This document shows positions 25,226 to 37,336 of a stretch of 64,000 nt of DNA, one piece after another (position 1 is the first letter of the stretch; every line of letters begins with the position of its first letter). The notes below the pieces were generated by a model. The model was not told where the DNA came from and searched no databases. It saw nothing but the letters and a program-made list of their open reading frames with translations. Source of the stretch: Parasitella parasitica NRRL 2501 (taxonomy: Eukaryota; Fungi; Mucoromycota); assembly GCA_025201805.1 (NCBI GenBank), contig MU619288.1, forward strand, positions 132,068-196,067, written 5' to 3'. The translations under genes were made by a program, and so were the position numbers.

Positions 25226-25757
25226 TATGCAGCAGCAAAATAATAGTGAAACAACCTGCCTCATACATAAAGTTGTATCGGAGAAGCGTAACAAACTCCT
25301 TTACCCTATGCAGAAGGCTCTGTCAAAATGAAGTGGTCAGTTAATGGATTCACCCAAAATAGACCGTTTCAAGCCTGCATTTAATACATCTCGAAAGAGA
25401 TTGTATCCAGGACGCCATGCACTGGAACAGCTGGTTGTTCATTTCGTCATCTAAATTTACATGTTACTAACTAAGGCAAAAAGATAAGTTTAATTATTTT
25501 TATAACTTTATAGCCAACTACCTACGAGCAACTATGCAGCAGCAAAAGAGTAATGAAATAACCTGCCTCATACATAAAGTTGTATCGGAGAAGCGTAACA
25601 AACTCCTTTACCCTATGCAGAAGGCTCTGTCAAAATGAAGTGGTCAGTTAATGGATTCACCCAAAATAGACCGTTTCAAGCCTGCATTTAATACATCTCG
25701 AAAGAGATTGTATCCAGGACGCCATGCACTGGAGCAGCTGGTTGTTCATTTCGTCAT
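25226..25757. repeat. Tandem duplication of a 225-bp unit (25226-25450 and 25533-25757)
   Basis: Near-identical copies from tatgcagcagcaaaa to catttcgtcat, period 307 bp. Confidence 0.95.
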
Positions 25758-27218
25758 TTTGGTTGAGAAAAAATAAATTAGATGAGGTGTGAATTGTTTA
25801 TATAGTCCTTAGAAACTATTGTCATACTTACCCTTGTATTGAGAACAAGAGAGAACAAAATGTGAATACATGTGCCCGCTTTATCGGGTAATCTGTCTTC
25901 AAGGCGATTATTTATTGTCCACTAACAAAACATTTATTCCCGCCGTTTCTAGAGTAACCACATCTGCTTCATTCTATTTTGTCAAGGAATTGGAATAAAA
26001 CGTCTAGAAGAGTATACAATACACACCACTAATTTTGATTAGTTTTAGTGTTGGCAGATATATGAATAATACGCGGATTTAGCGGATTTAACGGATATGA
26101 TGTGAACTTGTATCGTTTGTATCGTTTTTGTATACAATGAAAAATACTTGTCATACACTCCGTTAATTTGATCAATCCATAAATCATTTTTTTGATCACT
26201 GTAGTCATTGCGATGTCAGATATGTCTACTTGTGTATTTATATATAATACGAATATGGTCATACATAGATTATATTTAGTTGTCAATATGATTATCGTTA
26301 AAGAATAAGTATTCTTCGGGTTATTGATTAACAACTAACCAATTGTTCCGTATAAAATTAGGCTTTAACTACCTGGCAGTAGTATTTATGTTATCCAACT
26401 ACTGCACATAACGATTATTATTGTATATTTGATAGTGTGGTATATAGTGAAGCAATCTTTTCAATGCACATTTATTGATGTTTTCATTGTATAGTGGTTA
26501 TAATATATATATTTAAACGCAATAGCAGGAGTAAAGACAAGATCTCAGTATCATGACACTCGACGTCACACGAACATGATCATTTACCGTCAAATTTCGA
26601 AAAAATCTGGGCATGTTTTACAATATGAATACACGCTGATCTTGACTTTTCAAAGTATGCATAGCAATCGATCATTACCAAAAATTGTGTACAAGCGTGA
26701 GATGCGTCGTCGCCGTGTTCAACAGGTGAATTTCAAATCAAGAACAGTTTGGTATTTAATTGATTTTTTCTTCCTCCATCAGTCGATTTTTTTCAAGTAA
26801 ACTCATAATCCTGAACACAATTCAGGAACATATCCCAATGGATCATGTTCCTTATTTATAAGTCAACATGACATGTTCATGGATAGTAGATACAATCTAT
26901 CGTTTCACTCTCTAAATCACACCATGTCTCACACTTGTATATTATCCTCTCTTCAGCCCACTTAGATTCACTAGTCTACAAACCATCATTTTTTCCATGT
27001 AATAAACGAGATCTTTACTTGATTAATTCACAACCGTTTTATTTGAATAATTTCTCATTCTGATAAGTCAGCAAAGTTGAATCTTTAATAAAGTAACCTC
27101 AAGATTTCGCATCTCGTTAATTCGACGTTTTATTTTTATACTTTTCTTATTTTCGATCTTGCAGATCTCAACGCCAGATACAAAACTGAAGGCTTTTATT
27201 GCCATAAGATATGATCTC

Positions 27219-27306
27219 TATTTAATACGAGCTGTGTACCCCCCAATAAGAACGAAGGTCGATTATTTTTACCGTAGTTCGGGGGGTGTATAAAAGCTCG
27301 TTTAAT
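27219..27306 (+). other. Long imperfect hairpin (candidate structured RNA or tiny MITE)
   Basis: ACGAGCT/AGCTCGT, GTGTACCCCCC/GGGGGGTGTAT (three G.U pairs), GAAC/GTTC, GGT/ACC. Confidence 0.5.
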
Positions 27307-27424
27307 ACTAAAAAATATCCCAATCAATGTTTATCCACTGTGAAATTACTAGTAAAAAATATAAAAAATACTTTTTATAACTGTTATTTATTTTTTAGAT
27401 GAAGCTCATCAAAATGTCCTTTAA

Positions 27425-28719
27425 TTTCAGTTTCGTTACCTCAGGGTTCTCCTGCAAGGGAACAATGGCTCGGTCCCTGATTTCACCTACCAATTCCTGA
27501 CCAACTCTCTCTGCCTTGCCCATGACACACCAGATCATGCAGTGCCTCTCCTTTTCAAATCAGCGAGATACAAGAATACACTGAATGGTTTTCACCCATT
27601 TCACTCGATGTTCAATGCCATGGACATTTGCCGCAACGAAGCTCGATGAATATCGACTGGCAACGGAAGCCCAGCGCTCTGACCATCTTGAGCCTCCCGC
27701 TCATTGAGATCTTTAACCTCGATGAAGCTACTACGGAAGGATTGGATTTTTTACACCAGGAAGCAGCTAAAACCAGTAAAGTCCAAGATTTTTTCGAATA
27801 CAACTATGAGCAAGCCAAGTTTCAACTTATCTCAAAATCCAAATGTCAAAAGCGAAATACCTGGATCAAAATTGAAAAGGCACTCCTACAACAAGAACTG
27901 CGTTACCAATCATTCACGCACAACAACAGCAGTGATGATGGTATCGATTTACGACCATTTGCCAATACACTTCGTTTCCAACAATTACCGATCCTCAAAC
28001 TCCCCAACAAAGACGTCCGCTTTATTATGCAATCATTAGACACACTGGATGTTGGCCGTCATTTCAACAGGAGTATCTCGAAAAAAACAGTGGACAGCAT
28101 TCTACAAAAACAACATGCACTACTCGGCCCGTAACCTGTGGTATCGGATGCTTCACAAACAATCATCCAACAAGCTCGCTTTGTTCCAGCGACACCTGCC
28201 CAATATGGAATCTGATCGTTGCGACCTATGCAATGAAGTGGAAGATGCCAAACATCTTTTAATCAGTTGCGCCCACAAGATTGACGTATNNNNNNNNNNN
28301 NNNNNNNNNNNNNNNNNNNNNNNNNNNNNNNNNNNNNNNNNNNNNNNNNNNNNNNNNNNNNNNNNNNNNNNNNNNNNNNNNNNNNNNNNNNNNNNNNNNN
28401 NNNNNNNNNNNNNNNNNNNNNNNNNNNNNNNNNNNNNNNNNNNNNNNNNNNNNNNNNNNNNNNNNNNNNNNNNNNNNNNNNNNNNNNNNNNNNNNNNNNN
28501 NNNNNNNNNNNNNNNNNNNNNNNNNNNNNNNNNNNNNNNNNNNNNNNNNNNNNNNNNNNNNNNNNNNNNNNNNNNNNNNNNNNNNNNNNNNNNNNNNNNN
28601 NNNNNNNNNNNNNNNNNNNNNNNNNNNNNNNNNNNNNNNNNNNNNNNNNNNNNNNNNNNNNNNNNNNNNNNNNNNNNNNNNNNNNNNNNNNNNNNNNNNN
28701 NNNNNNNNNAAAAAAAAAA
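27425..28719 (+). mobile_element. 5'-truncated non-LTR retrotransposon (L1/Tx1-like ORF2 C-terminus, zf-RVT), frameshifted; poly(A) and TSD GTCCTTTAA
   Basis: ARNLWYRMLH..CDLCNEVEDAKHLLISC (CCHC zinc motif); A-run at 28710-28719; GTCCTTTAA at 27416-27424 and 28720-28728. Confidence 0.85.
28290..28709. other. Assembly gap (420 N)
   Basis: Run of N. Confidence 1.
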
Positions 28720-29332
28720 GTCCTTTAAAAACTATCTTTTTATACTAGTTTTCCAAGGGTAAATGATTATGGATATGAACCTAAATTATATTGGATTATT
28801 CATCCAGGACGTCATGGCAACAAGGATTGATAAAGAGATAACCAATAGCGGATTTGACGAGTGTTGGAGTTGCTTCTATTTGTTCTTGATATTGGGTTAT
28901 GTCTTCTTAAATCCATGCTAGCCTGGTCTTGATGATTGTGGTCTTTGTGGAATATTTAGGGGGTAATTTGAAGTTCATATTCATACTATTTACGGAGATT
29001 CTTTTTATGCGATGATCAGTTTATACTGATCTATAACATCCACATAACATCGGATGTTTGACAAGAACTGTCAAGCCTTATTAAATCACAGCATTTCCAG
29101 GACAGAACTATCTTTCTATTTTACATTAAAGAGAAGATTGGGTATAGGGTGTCTTCCCGACATCTCGCGATCTGATCTAGATGTATTCTTTGAATAAGCC
29201 TGATGTTATGCGCAGAGGATATATAAATATGATCTGCTCAAAAAAAATGCATAACTTTATAAAAATAAAATCAGACACAAAAACTAATGACTTTATTGAT
29301 AAGAAAATGCCATCTTTTTATACTAGATTATA

Positions 29333-29495
29333 TCTATTGTAATATTATTTGTCATCATGGTTAAACATTGAACTTGGTATGTAATACCAAGTTTATTACA
29401 TGTTCTACTGTACATTAATAGCTTATTCCTTGTCCTTGTATACAAAGAATTACCAATCTAATAATTGCTTAATCTCATGCCTTTCTGGCACAACA
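29333..29495 (-). pseudogene. Decayed paralogue fragment, inverted copy of 35237-35392
   Basis: Reverse complement shares gttgtgccaga..attaagcaatt..tctttgtatacaa.gacaaggaataa..ttacataccaagttcaatgtt..ccatgat.acaaata with 35237-35392. Confidence 0.6.
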
Positions 29496-30025
29496 CCTGA
29501 AACCTTGCAAGAGGTCCAATTACAACTTGTAGTAGCTTATTCCTTATTTGTAAAGGAATTACCAACAATTAATATCATGATCCGTGCATTATGACTAAGT
29601 TAGATATGACATATGTAGCCTTTATATGGATACAACCATAAGTGAGCAGCAAACCTCTCATATTATCGTATATGTTCAGATACTGGACACAAAAATAAAC
29701 CTGTACCATGCCTAAATAGTAGAAGAGATCTAGCTTTAGTGTATTATTAATAAAGCAAAAGAAGCAAGCCAAAAAGTATTGAATACTACCTTGACATTTA
29801 CACCCAAACGACTTCATGCAAAAAAGTGATTCATACAAAGTATCTGATCTGCCATAATTATAGATAGGAGATCATGGCAATGTACTTCAATTGAAGATTG
29901 AAGATTGTCCAATGATGTGATGTGATACGCTTGTGTAAATTGGAGAATAAAGTCTCTGTTTCAAATCAAGAAGGTTATTCCTGTAAGTAACACAGATCTG
30001 AGCACCAGGATAAAGGTTAAGGCTC

Positions 30026-30257
30026 TGTCAGATCAAAGACGTGTAGCCCTTGCTATATAACCTCATATCGTACCCTGTCAAGTAGATTGTCACTGTGAAT
30101 TAGTCTTGTCAATTAGTAATCTAAATAAGTCACCATAAATTTATGTAGTTGTAAAAAGTATAAATAGCAGATGCAATTTCGATCTTAAATAAAGTACCTT
30201 TAGTTTTCGTAGTACCTCGTTAACCTTTGGTTTTTTTATTATCTTTTTGATCCAACA
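30026..30257 (+). mobile_element. Solo LTR (232 bp)
   Basis: TG...CA ends with 10/12 inverted match (TGTCAGATCAAA / TTTGATCCAACA); internal TATAAATAG then AATAAA; flanks GGCTC/GTATC may be a decayed 5-bp TSD. Confidence 0.65.
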
Positions 30258-33200
30258 GTATCATCTTTAGCTATTGCCTATATTCAGCAGTAAATTAGTC
30301 AGTTATTTAGTTGCTACAAACAATTTAATGCACATAGCAATTGTTGTATCCATAGAATACCATGGTTACCACTATTACAACTCAGTTGTCATGGCAACCG
30401 TTCCTAATCGGATCTAAGGTTAAATGGCATCGATTATTCTATCTAGTAAATAGAAGTGTTCAATAGAATGTCTTGTATAAGAAACCATCTATTTGGGTTC
30501 TACTTATTCTAAATTGCGAAGCTCAACTTATCGATGAATGATTCACATTCATAACGATTAGCTGATTAAATATAGAAATAGGTCTTGCTCTGACTACTAC
30601 TGTGTTATAATCTTGTTTGACAATTAAATGTCAAACATGACCTGATTGTATTTTATAGATTGATTTAGATAGATTTATTCTAATATAAACAGACAGCTTC
30701 TTGTCAATCAATAAATCAATAGTTTTGTATCTGGTAAACTAAGTCTTTATTACATTCTTATATTTTTATATCACATACAATCACCTGCTGTGCTCATTTT
30801 CAAGACCTGGCACAACAGCAATACCATGCTCTCGTATGAGAAAGATTAAACTGAGTAGAGCCTCTATATATTATTGACAAAAGAATTAATAGTTTGTTGG
30901 GATAAACTCGAATACATACCATGATGACAGCAATACACAAAAGATGTTGGGAATGACTTCTTTACACTAAGCTATACTGCAAGCTATTCCTTGATGAAAG
31001 AGAAGAAGCTACAATTTTTTATGATAAAACTGCAGATACGTGAAGATGTTATTACTCTGTATAATGTACTTATTATATTTGGCACAAATGTGCTAATATT
31101 GTGTGTTTTTTAAGTTAAAATATCAGTTTATAAAGTTGTAAAATTAGTGAAAACAAAAGAAAAAGACCAAGGAGAAGCTAACAACAAAGAAGCTAAAATA
31201 TGCATTCGGTCATCACAATATATGCAATGTTTTGGGCTAACCATGCAGGAAGAAGCCAATGGAAAAACACCGTTACAAGAGGTCACCTCAACAATTGAAA
31301 GCAACCATGTACAAAACAAAATATATACTTTATTCAAGAATATTGCTACTGGTGCTAGCATTATTACCACCAGTGTCTTCTTCAACATCTTGAACAACAC
31401 TTTGGTTAGAAATAGGTATTTCTTCGTCACTTTTTGCTTTCAGATGAACATTTGTATAATCGTGCGAGCATAAATAAACTTTTACTCAAAACAGATGCAA
31501 TCTTTGGAATGCAATATCTTAACAAATATTTGGTAACAAATGTTACTACAGCACAAAAAAAACCCGAAATGTTTCAGAAATAATTGATGTATATTTCAGA
31601 TATTTCAATACAATAAAAAAATACTTGTAATAATTCACAGCTTTCAACTGTATCCGAACAATAAAAGAAGTATATCGTTTATTATGATATAAATACAGGG
31701 TATTTATATCTGTTTTAATATACGAAATAGATATACAATTAAAATTGGATATATTTATTCGTATATAAAAAATAAGATGATTCTTCTCTACACAACATTT
31801 GCCTAGACTATTTATACTTTTCGAGTGCTGACATCGGTTGCATGCTTGTGGAATCGAGGCTTAATAAACTTGCAACAGATAGAACCAATTACTAGCCATG
31901 TGCTGCTAGTACAAGTAATAATCGTAAACCAGTTATTATCAGAAGGAGACATGAAGGATTGTGGTCTTGAGAAAGAGTATAATCGCCTTGTGGTATAAAG
32001 GATTTCTAATGAGTGTAACCATGGTATAATACTTTTGCATAATTGTGAGAATACCCAAGTTGGATCTCAGGCACAACATCAACTCAACAACCCACCTCGT
32101 TTAGCCTTTACATCCTAAACAATATCTTCAATTATTTACTACAACTGAGATGGTAGCTGTAATAACCAATAGATTAATGTGATAGTATGTTGTCACTGTT
32201 GATGAACGAATAGAAAATACACCGTGTTATTGTCAATTGGTTTGATATGTTTCATTGTTGAGATTGATCCAAGAATATGAGCGCTGATGTAACATTTCAA
32301 ATAGTTTGTTCGCACCTTGACATTTGAGAGCAAGTCCGCATATCTTGTTAATGTCATGGCAGCCGAGACATTATTGCGATATCCAATGATCGTTGAGAAA
32401 TTATACTGATTCGTATCTGATACAATCATATAATATATTTGCAGTAAATCAGCAAGCGTAGTACTTGTAGGAATTGATATAGTACAGATGTAGCAGTGCG
32501 TATACATCAGAAATAATATTATATAATTAAAAATGAGCTATCTCAACTTTTTTTTTATAAACGCACATTCTGGGGCAAAATCATTTATGTCCTCACAAGC
32601 ACATAAATGCTCCCATGACCCTAATAATATTCCCATTTGAGCACATTTATGTTCACCGAGAGCATCCAGGAGGCCATAGTGTGGAACTCTGACGAGATCC
32701 CGCAGGACGAGTTGCCATTTCAGCATAAGTGGTCTTGCTATTAATTTCGTTGTTGTTGATTTTTAAAGACATTGTTATTAATTTGTTAAAATGTAAAGTG
32801 TAAAAATTTTAAGATGATTTAAAGAAGTGTTATGTCAAAAGTCTGATAAAATAATTCTGTCAAAGAATTATTACACTTGTATTCACAATACATCGAGAGA
32901 TGTATTATATACACATTCATTACACTAGGATTCTACTGTCTAGCTGCATAATGTAAATCATGACTACCCATGATTTACTGTAAGACCCTGGGACTGGTCT
33001 GAGACCTTGCCATGTTATTGATATAACAATGATCTTCTCCTATCTATAATAATTATGGCAGATCAAAATCTAAGCAAGAAATGCCTGAAAACGGCCAAGA
33101 AATTCTCTTTTCCTTGTTATTTATTAATGATTAAAGTAATAATAAACGCGAATTTAATTGTGCAATTAAAATACATCAATCATTTCCTGGTCCAGGAAAT

Positions 33201-33286
33201 GAACAGAGCATTCTAATTTCTTGGCGTGCCACAAAACAAAGTTAAATGGATACATAGATGTTTCAAAACAACAAACAGTATGAAAA

Positions 33287-33368
33287 GCTTCAATGGCCGA
33301 GTGGTCTAAGGCGATACGGTTAGGTCGTATTCTCGAAAGAGGCGCGAGTTCAAATCTCGTTTGGGGCA
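33287..33368 (+). tRNA. tRNA-Leu(TAG)
   Basis: Acceptor GCTTCAA/TTGGGGC; D-arm GCCGAGTGGTCTAAGGC; anticodon arm ATACG-GTTAGGT-CGTAT; long variable arm; GTTCAAAT; T-run downstream. Confidence 0.92.
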
Positions 33369-33445
33369 ACATTTTTTACTTTTGAAAGTGGTGTATGGAG
33401 TGTAACTTTTTTTGGCTCATTAAAGCTAGGCGGCCTTTGTTGTGT

Positions 33446-33564
33446 CGTGATAATTGTAACTTCAGTAAGGCAAATATATGTATCAGTTAAGAGATGATTC
33501 AACTTGACATATGATCTACTATTTACATTGTTTTGAATTTGAGTGTCAAAACTAATGTACGACA
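33446..33564. repeat. ~120-bp dispersed repeat downstream of tRNA-Leu (inverted copy of 857-981)
   Basis: Alignment by eye to the reverse complement of 857-981. Confidence 0.8.
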
Positions 33565-34607
33565 GTTGACTATCTTCAGAAGACTCTTTTGACCATACTA
33601 TGAATGCCTAAAGACTTCGGAGATGTCAGGTTTGTACTGGCTTTGTATGTAACCTTTTAGTCAATATAAATATATTCAAAGTACAAAAAAATAAATGGGA
33701 ACCTTTTATCTCTGAAAATATCTTATACTTATATCATATAATAACCTCATCTCTGCTCGCGACAGATGTCTGAATTTCTTTCGTTAGGGTTTATTTTATG
33801 AGCCAAAATAAAGAATGTTTCATTTAACACTGGATGCCAGAGAAACTACGTAATTAAATTTCCTTTTAGCAAAATTCATTTGTCGTCCCTTTATGAACGT
33901 TAGGAGGCCAATAAATTTTAGGTTGCTCAGTAAAATAGTTTCATAACAATACAAACAAATGTGCACTTTGATTTTAAGTGAGTTGTAAGGTTCTATCATT
34001 ATACACAGAATGTGCCGATTTCTCTACTTCTTATCATTCTCAAACAGAGTTTAATTGAAATTCGTTCATTATGCAAAGCTATTTCATATCGTTTAATTCT
34101 TTACTTCTTTATTTCTAACGACTTCTGCAATCATTTTTTTCAAATCGTATGCACACATTTCGGAAAAAAAAAAGGCACATGCTAAATTTCAAATGGCACA
34201 AAAGATTTGGCACAACTAGTGTGCATAAGACTTGGCAAAAAGGTATATAAATTATTTCTTGAATAGTTATTTTGGCCGAATATCAAGTTTTTTCAGAGCA
34301 TGGTCTCCCCGTTCAAGCTTATTAAAAAGTTTGGCTATACAGGACAAGTTTTTATGTGGAACTTCCGGCTTTAAGGATCAGGGACAAGCTTCATTTCGTG
34401 AATAAAGCACAATAAACACGATTGCATGAATTCATTGCCAAATGAGAATATCAATAGTAAAAAAAACCATAATCCCGCCAAACAAAATGTATACACTTGC
34501 ATATTCAATTCAGCTACTTTAAAGCTTGAATTGACGCATCAAGTTTTTTGCAAACTTGGATCGTTGCCGTAGTTTTTTCTTCTTTTCTTTCTTTTCGTAT
34601 CAACACC

Positions 34608-35392
34608 ATGTTACGACTTCTTGGAAAGTATTATGAAGATAAAGATACCACACTTTTTACCGAATTTCTAATTCATCTTCTGGACGTATTTATATGAATC
34701 AGCATTATGTACTAATGCCTTGATGTACGACTGCATGTGATGTAAATCACGCACATTGGCCGTCGCCGCTCGATCTGGCTACAAGCCCTATAGCATGTTA
34801 TTGATATGATAATTACCTCTTACCTTGCCCAACAACATTAAAGAATGGAAACAAACAGCTAAATATGTTGAGAAGTTGAAGCTCCTAGAGTAAGTGATTT
34901 ATATTGCCCTTTTCGTAGGGTAAATATATCTGAAAGCGCTCATTTTATAGTTTACTGTATTACAACATTCTTGACTTTACAAGTATGAAAGAAGACGATG
35001 GCTCTCGTCTAGTTCTTGGTTCTTATTTCGAAATTAGTTATTCGCCAATCTAAAAAAAATTCACGATTAGCGCGAGACATGTTGATCAGAAATGTAAGCA
35101 TATAGAGCGGTTGTAATTACTTTATTTACTTAAATGATAATAGGGCTTAAATCTGACGACATGGATTTAAATTCGAGATTAGAACCAACAAAAAGGTATA
35201 TGAACTTGTACTCTGATATTTATTTGTTGTTTTTTAGTTGTGCCAGAATGGCTTGAAATTAAGCAATTGCATAATATTGGCAACTCTTTGTATACAATGA
35301 CAAGGAATAAACTATCGACAATGTATAACAAGTAACTTGATTTTACATACCAAGTTCAATGTTCAGCCATGATAACAAATAGTGTTACAATA
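34608..35392 (+). pseudogene. Probable intron-containing orphan pseudogene
   Basis: ATG in CACCATG context; several GT..AG intron-like segments separate short frames (MLRLLGKYYED.., PNNIKEWKQTAKYVEKLKLLE, VVPEWLEIKQL); stops and frameshifts; 3' part duplicated at 29333-29495. Confidence 0.35.
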
Positions 35393-36601
35393 GAAATAGT
35401 TTAGTAAAAATGATGGAATTTCCTTATCAATAAAGTCATTAGTTTCTGTGTCTTATATTTGTGTAATTATACAATTTCTTGAGCAGATTGTATTCTTATG
35501 TCCTCTGTGCATAACGTCTTATCAGTAATGCATCAGCACCAGCAGGGTAAAGTGCGTAAAAGTTGTTTGTTATGAGTTAGTTTATGGCTACAAAGTCAAT
35601 TGACTTTCAGATCAATGTTGGCAAAAAAAAAAAAAAAAAAAAAACTGCTTAACGGCAATCAAGGACAATAGTAAAATAAATATCCCAATCTAAAACTGTT
35701 GTTAAAGAGTATATGGTTTTTTACTCCCTGATTTGCGATTCTCTTAAAAAGAGATTTACAAAAGGCAAGATTATATACCATTCATGGAAAGATAGGGTCG
35801 AGTAAAAAAACTCATTTAGATTGTCTTATTGCGAAAATAATCAAATATTGAAAAAAAGAAAATACTAATAAAAGCTGACAATTTTCCGGACATAAATTTG
35901 GATATTTTATTAATTGACTGAAAAGTTGCTTATAAACTATGTTAACTAAATCTACACGAATCTATGAAAATAATCAGATCATGCTTTAAAGCTTCGAAAA
36001 ACTCAAATTGTACAAGAGAAAATTGAAGAAATTCAAAGGAAAGCGTCAAAGATTAGATAATTGACAGCAAAAATTTCAATGGCACGCCTTAAAAGGGCTT
36101 ATGGCGATAGAGTATCACTCTAACAATGTTTATCTTTTTAGCGCTTAACAAGGGCTTTCGAATTTAAGTCCAAAATATTCATCTTTAAGAAGGCCAGTAT
36201 TTTACACAGAAACATATATGGTAAGCGTTGATAACGAGTTATCAACAACAAAAACCTCAATAGCAATGCTTGTAAAGCAAGGAAAGGTTAGTGTCTTCTG
36301 ATGTGGAGGTAGTCATTCACAGCCATTTACCGTTTTTAACAATTAAAATGAAGGACTTCAACTCTTACATGCGACATTTTGTACTTCAATCATGCGGCGC
36401 TATTTTTCTTTTGAGGGCGATATCTTTTTAAAGCGATATCATTTTGGTAAAGACGGTACACAATGGAAACAATGAACTAGCTTTCATTATTGGGAGTTTT
36501 CTTTTTTGAATAGATTGATGTTTACAAACATGGTTGCAAAAGAGTATAGGGGGATGTATAATTATAATATAGTACAGTTGTAACAAAAAAGGGTCAGTGA
36601 T

Positions 36602-37336
36602 CTAGTGAACATGGTCATCGAGGAGTCCCCCTAAAGCTCTAAAACGGCCAAATACCATTTCACCAAGGAAGACACCAACAACAATAACAACAAAGAAACC
36701 ACCGTTTCCAGTCATGACAACCATCATTAGTAAATAACTGACAAACGAACTGAAAGCAGTTAAGAAACTTCTAACGGTATCAGTTGACCAAGAGAAAGGC
36801 GGGACTATGGGTAATCTGAGTGAAATAGGGTATGCGTTTGGGTTGAATGATTGTGAAGACGAATCGTCTGTCGAGTTTGCTGATTTCTCGACATCGGTTT
36901 TAACAGTCTACAAGCAAAACTGTTAACAAGGGAAATGATGGTGATTGATTATACTTACATTGGGTTGAAGAGCTACCAACTGATTTCCAGCAATTCTATT
37001 GTCCCGAAGTCTTTTCCAGGCAATGAAATAAGCTTCGAGAGCTGGGAGTCCTCTCGAGAGAGTGGCAAAGAACAGCAATCCAAAGCATGCGCCAATATAA
37101 GCACCTTCAGATTTAGGAACCCATGCATCAAACCAAATACCATCACCAGAAGAGCTCCAATGAAAAGTGCCCATTGCCATAGACATGCTCATATCGCTCA
37201 TATCCATACCAGACATGTCATGAGTCGTTGCTGCTGCTTCTGTTGCTGTAGTTGATGCCGTGGAGGTTGCAATAGACATAATTGATGAGCTAGCACTAGC
37301 GCTCATATTTGCCATATTATGCATAGAATGATCCAT
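36602..37336 (-). CDS. Ctr-family copper transporter; exons 37336-36959, 36907-36602
   Basis: Met/His-rich N-terminus (MSGMDMSDMSMSMAM); TM2 YLLMMVVMTGN (MxxxM); TM3 GVFLG (GxxxG); C-terminal DDHVH. Confidence 0.93.

Noticed and set aside
26810-26852. Two overlapping short hairpins
   Set aside because: Too short, with no strand asymmetry or context to separate them from chance.
28281-28762. ORFs containing X runs
   Set aside because: Artefacts of translating the N gap.
32193-32507. ORF loosely resembling a Fanzor N-terminal segment (GYRNNVSAAMTLTRY..NYL)
   Set aside because: The resemblance is impressionistic and no RuvC or zinc motifs are nearby; it needs a profile search.
36200-36480. 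Possible MULE SWIM remnant
   Set aside because: The Cys/His pattern is incomplete and interrupted by stops.
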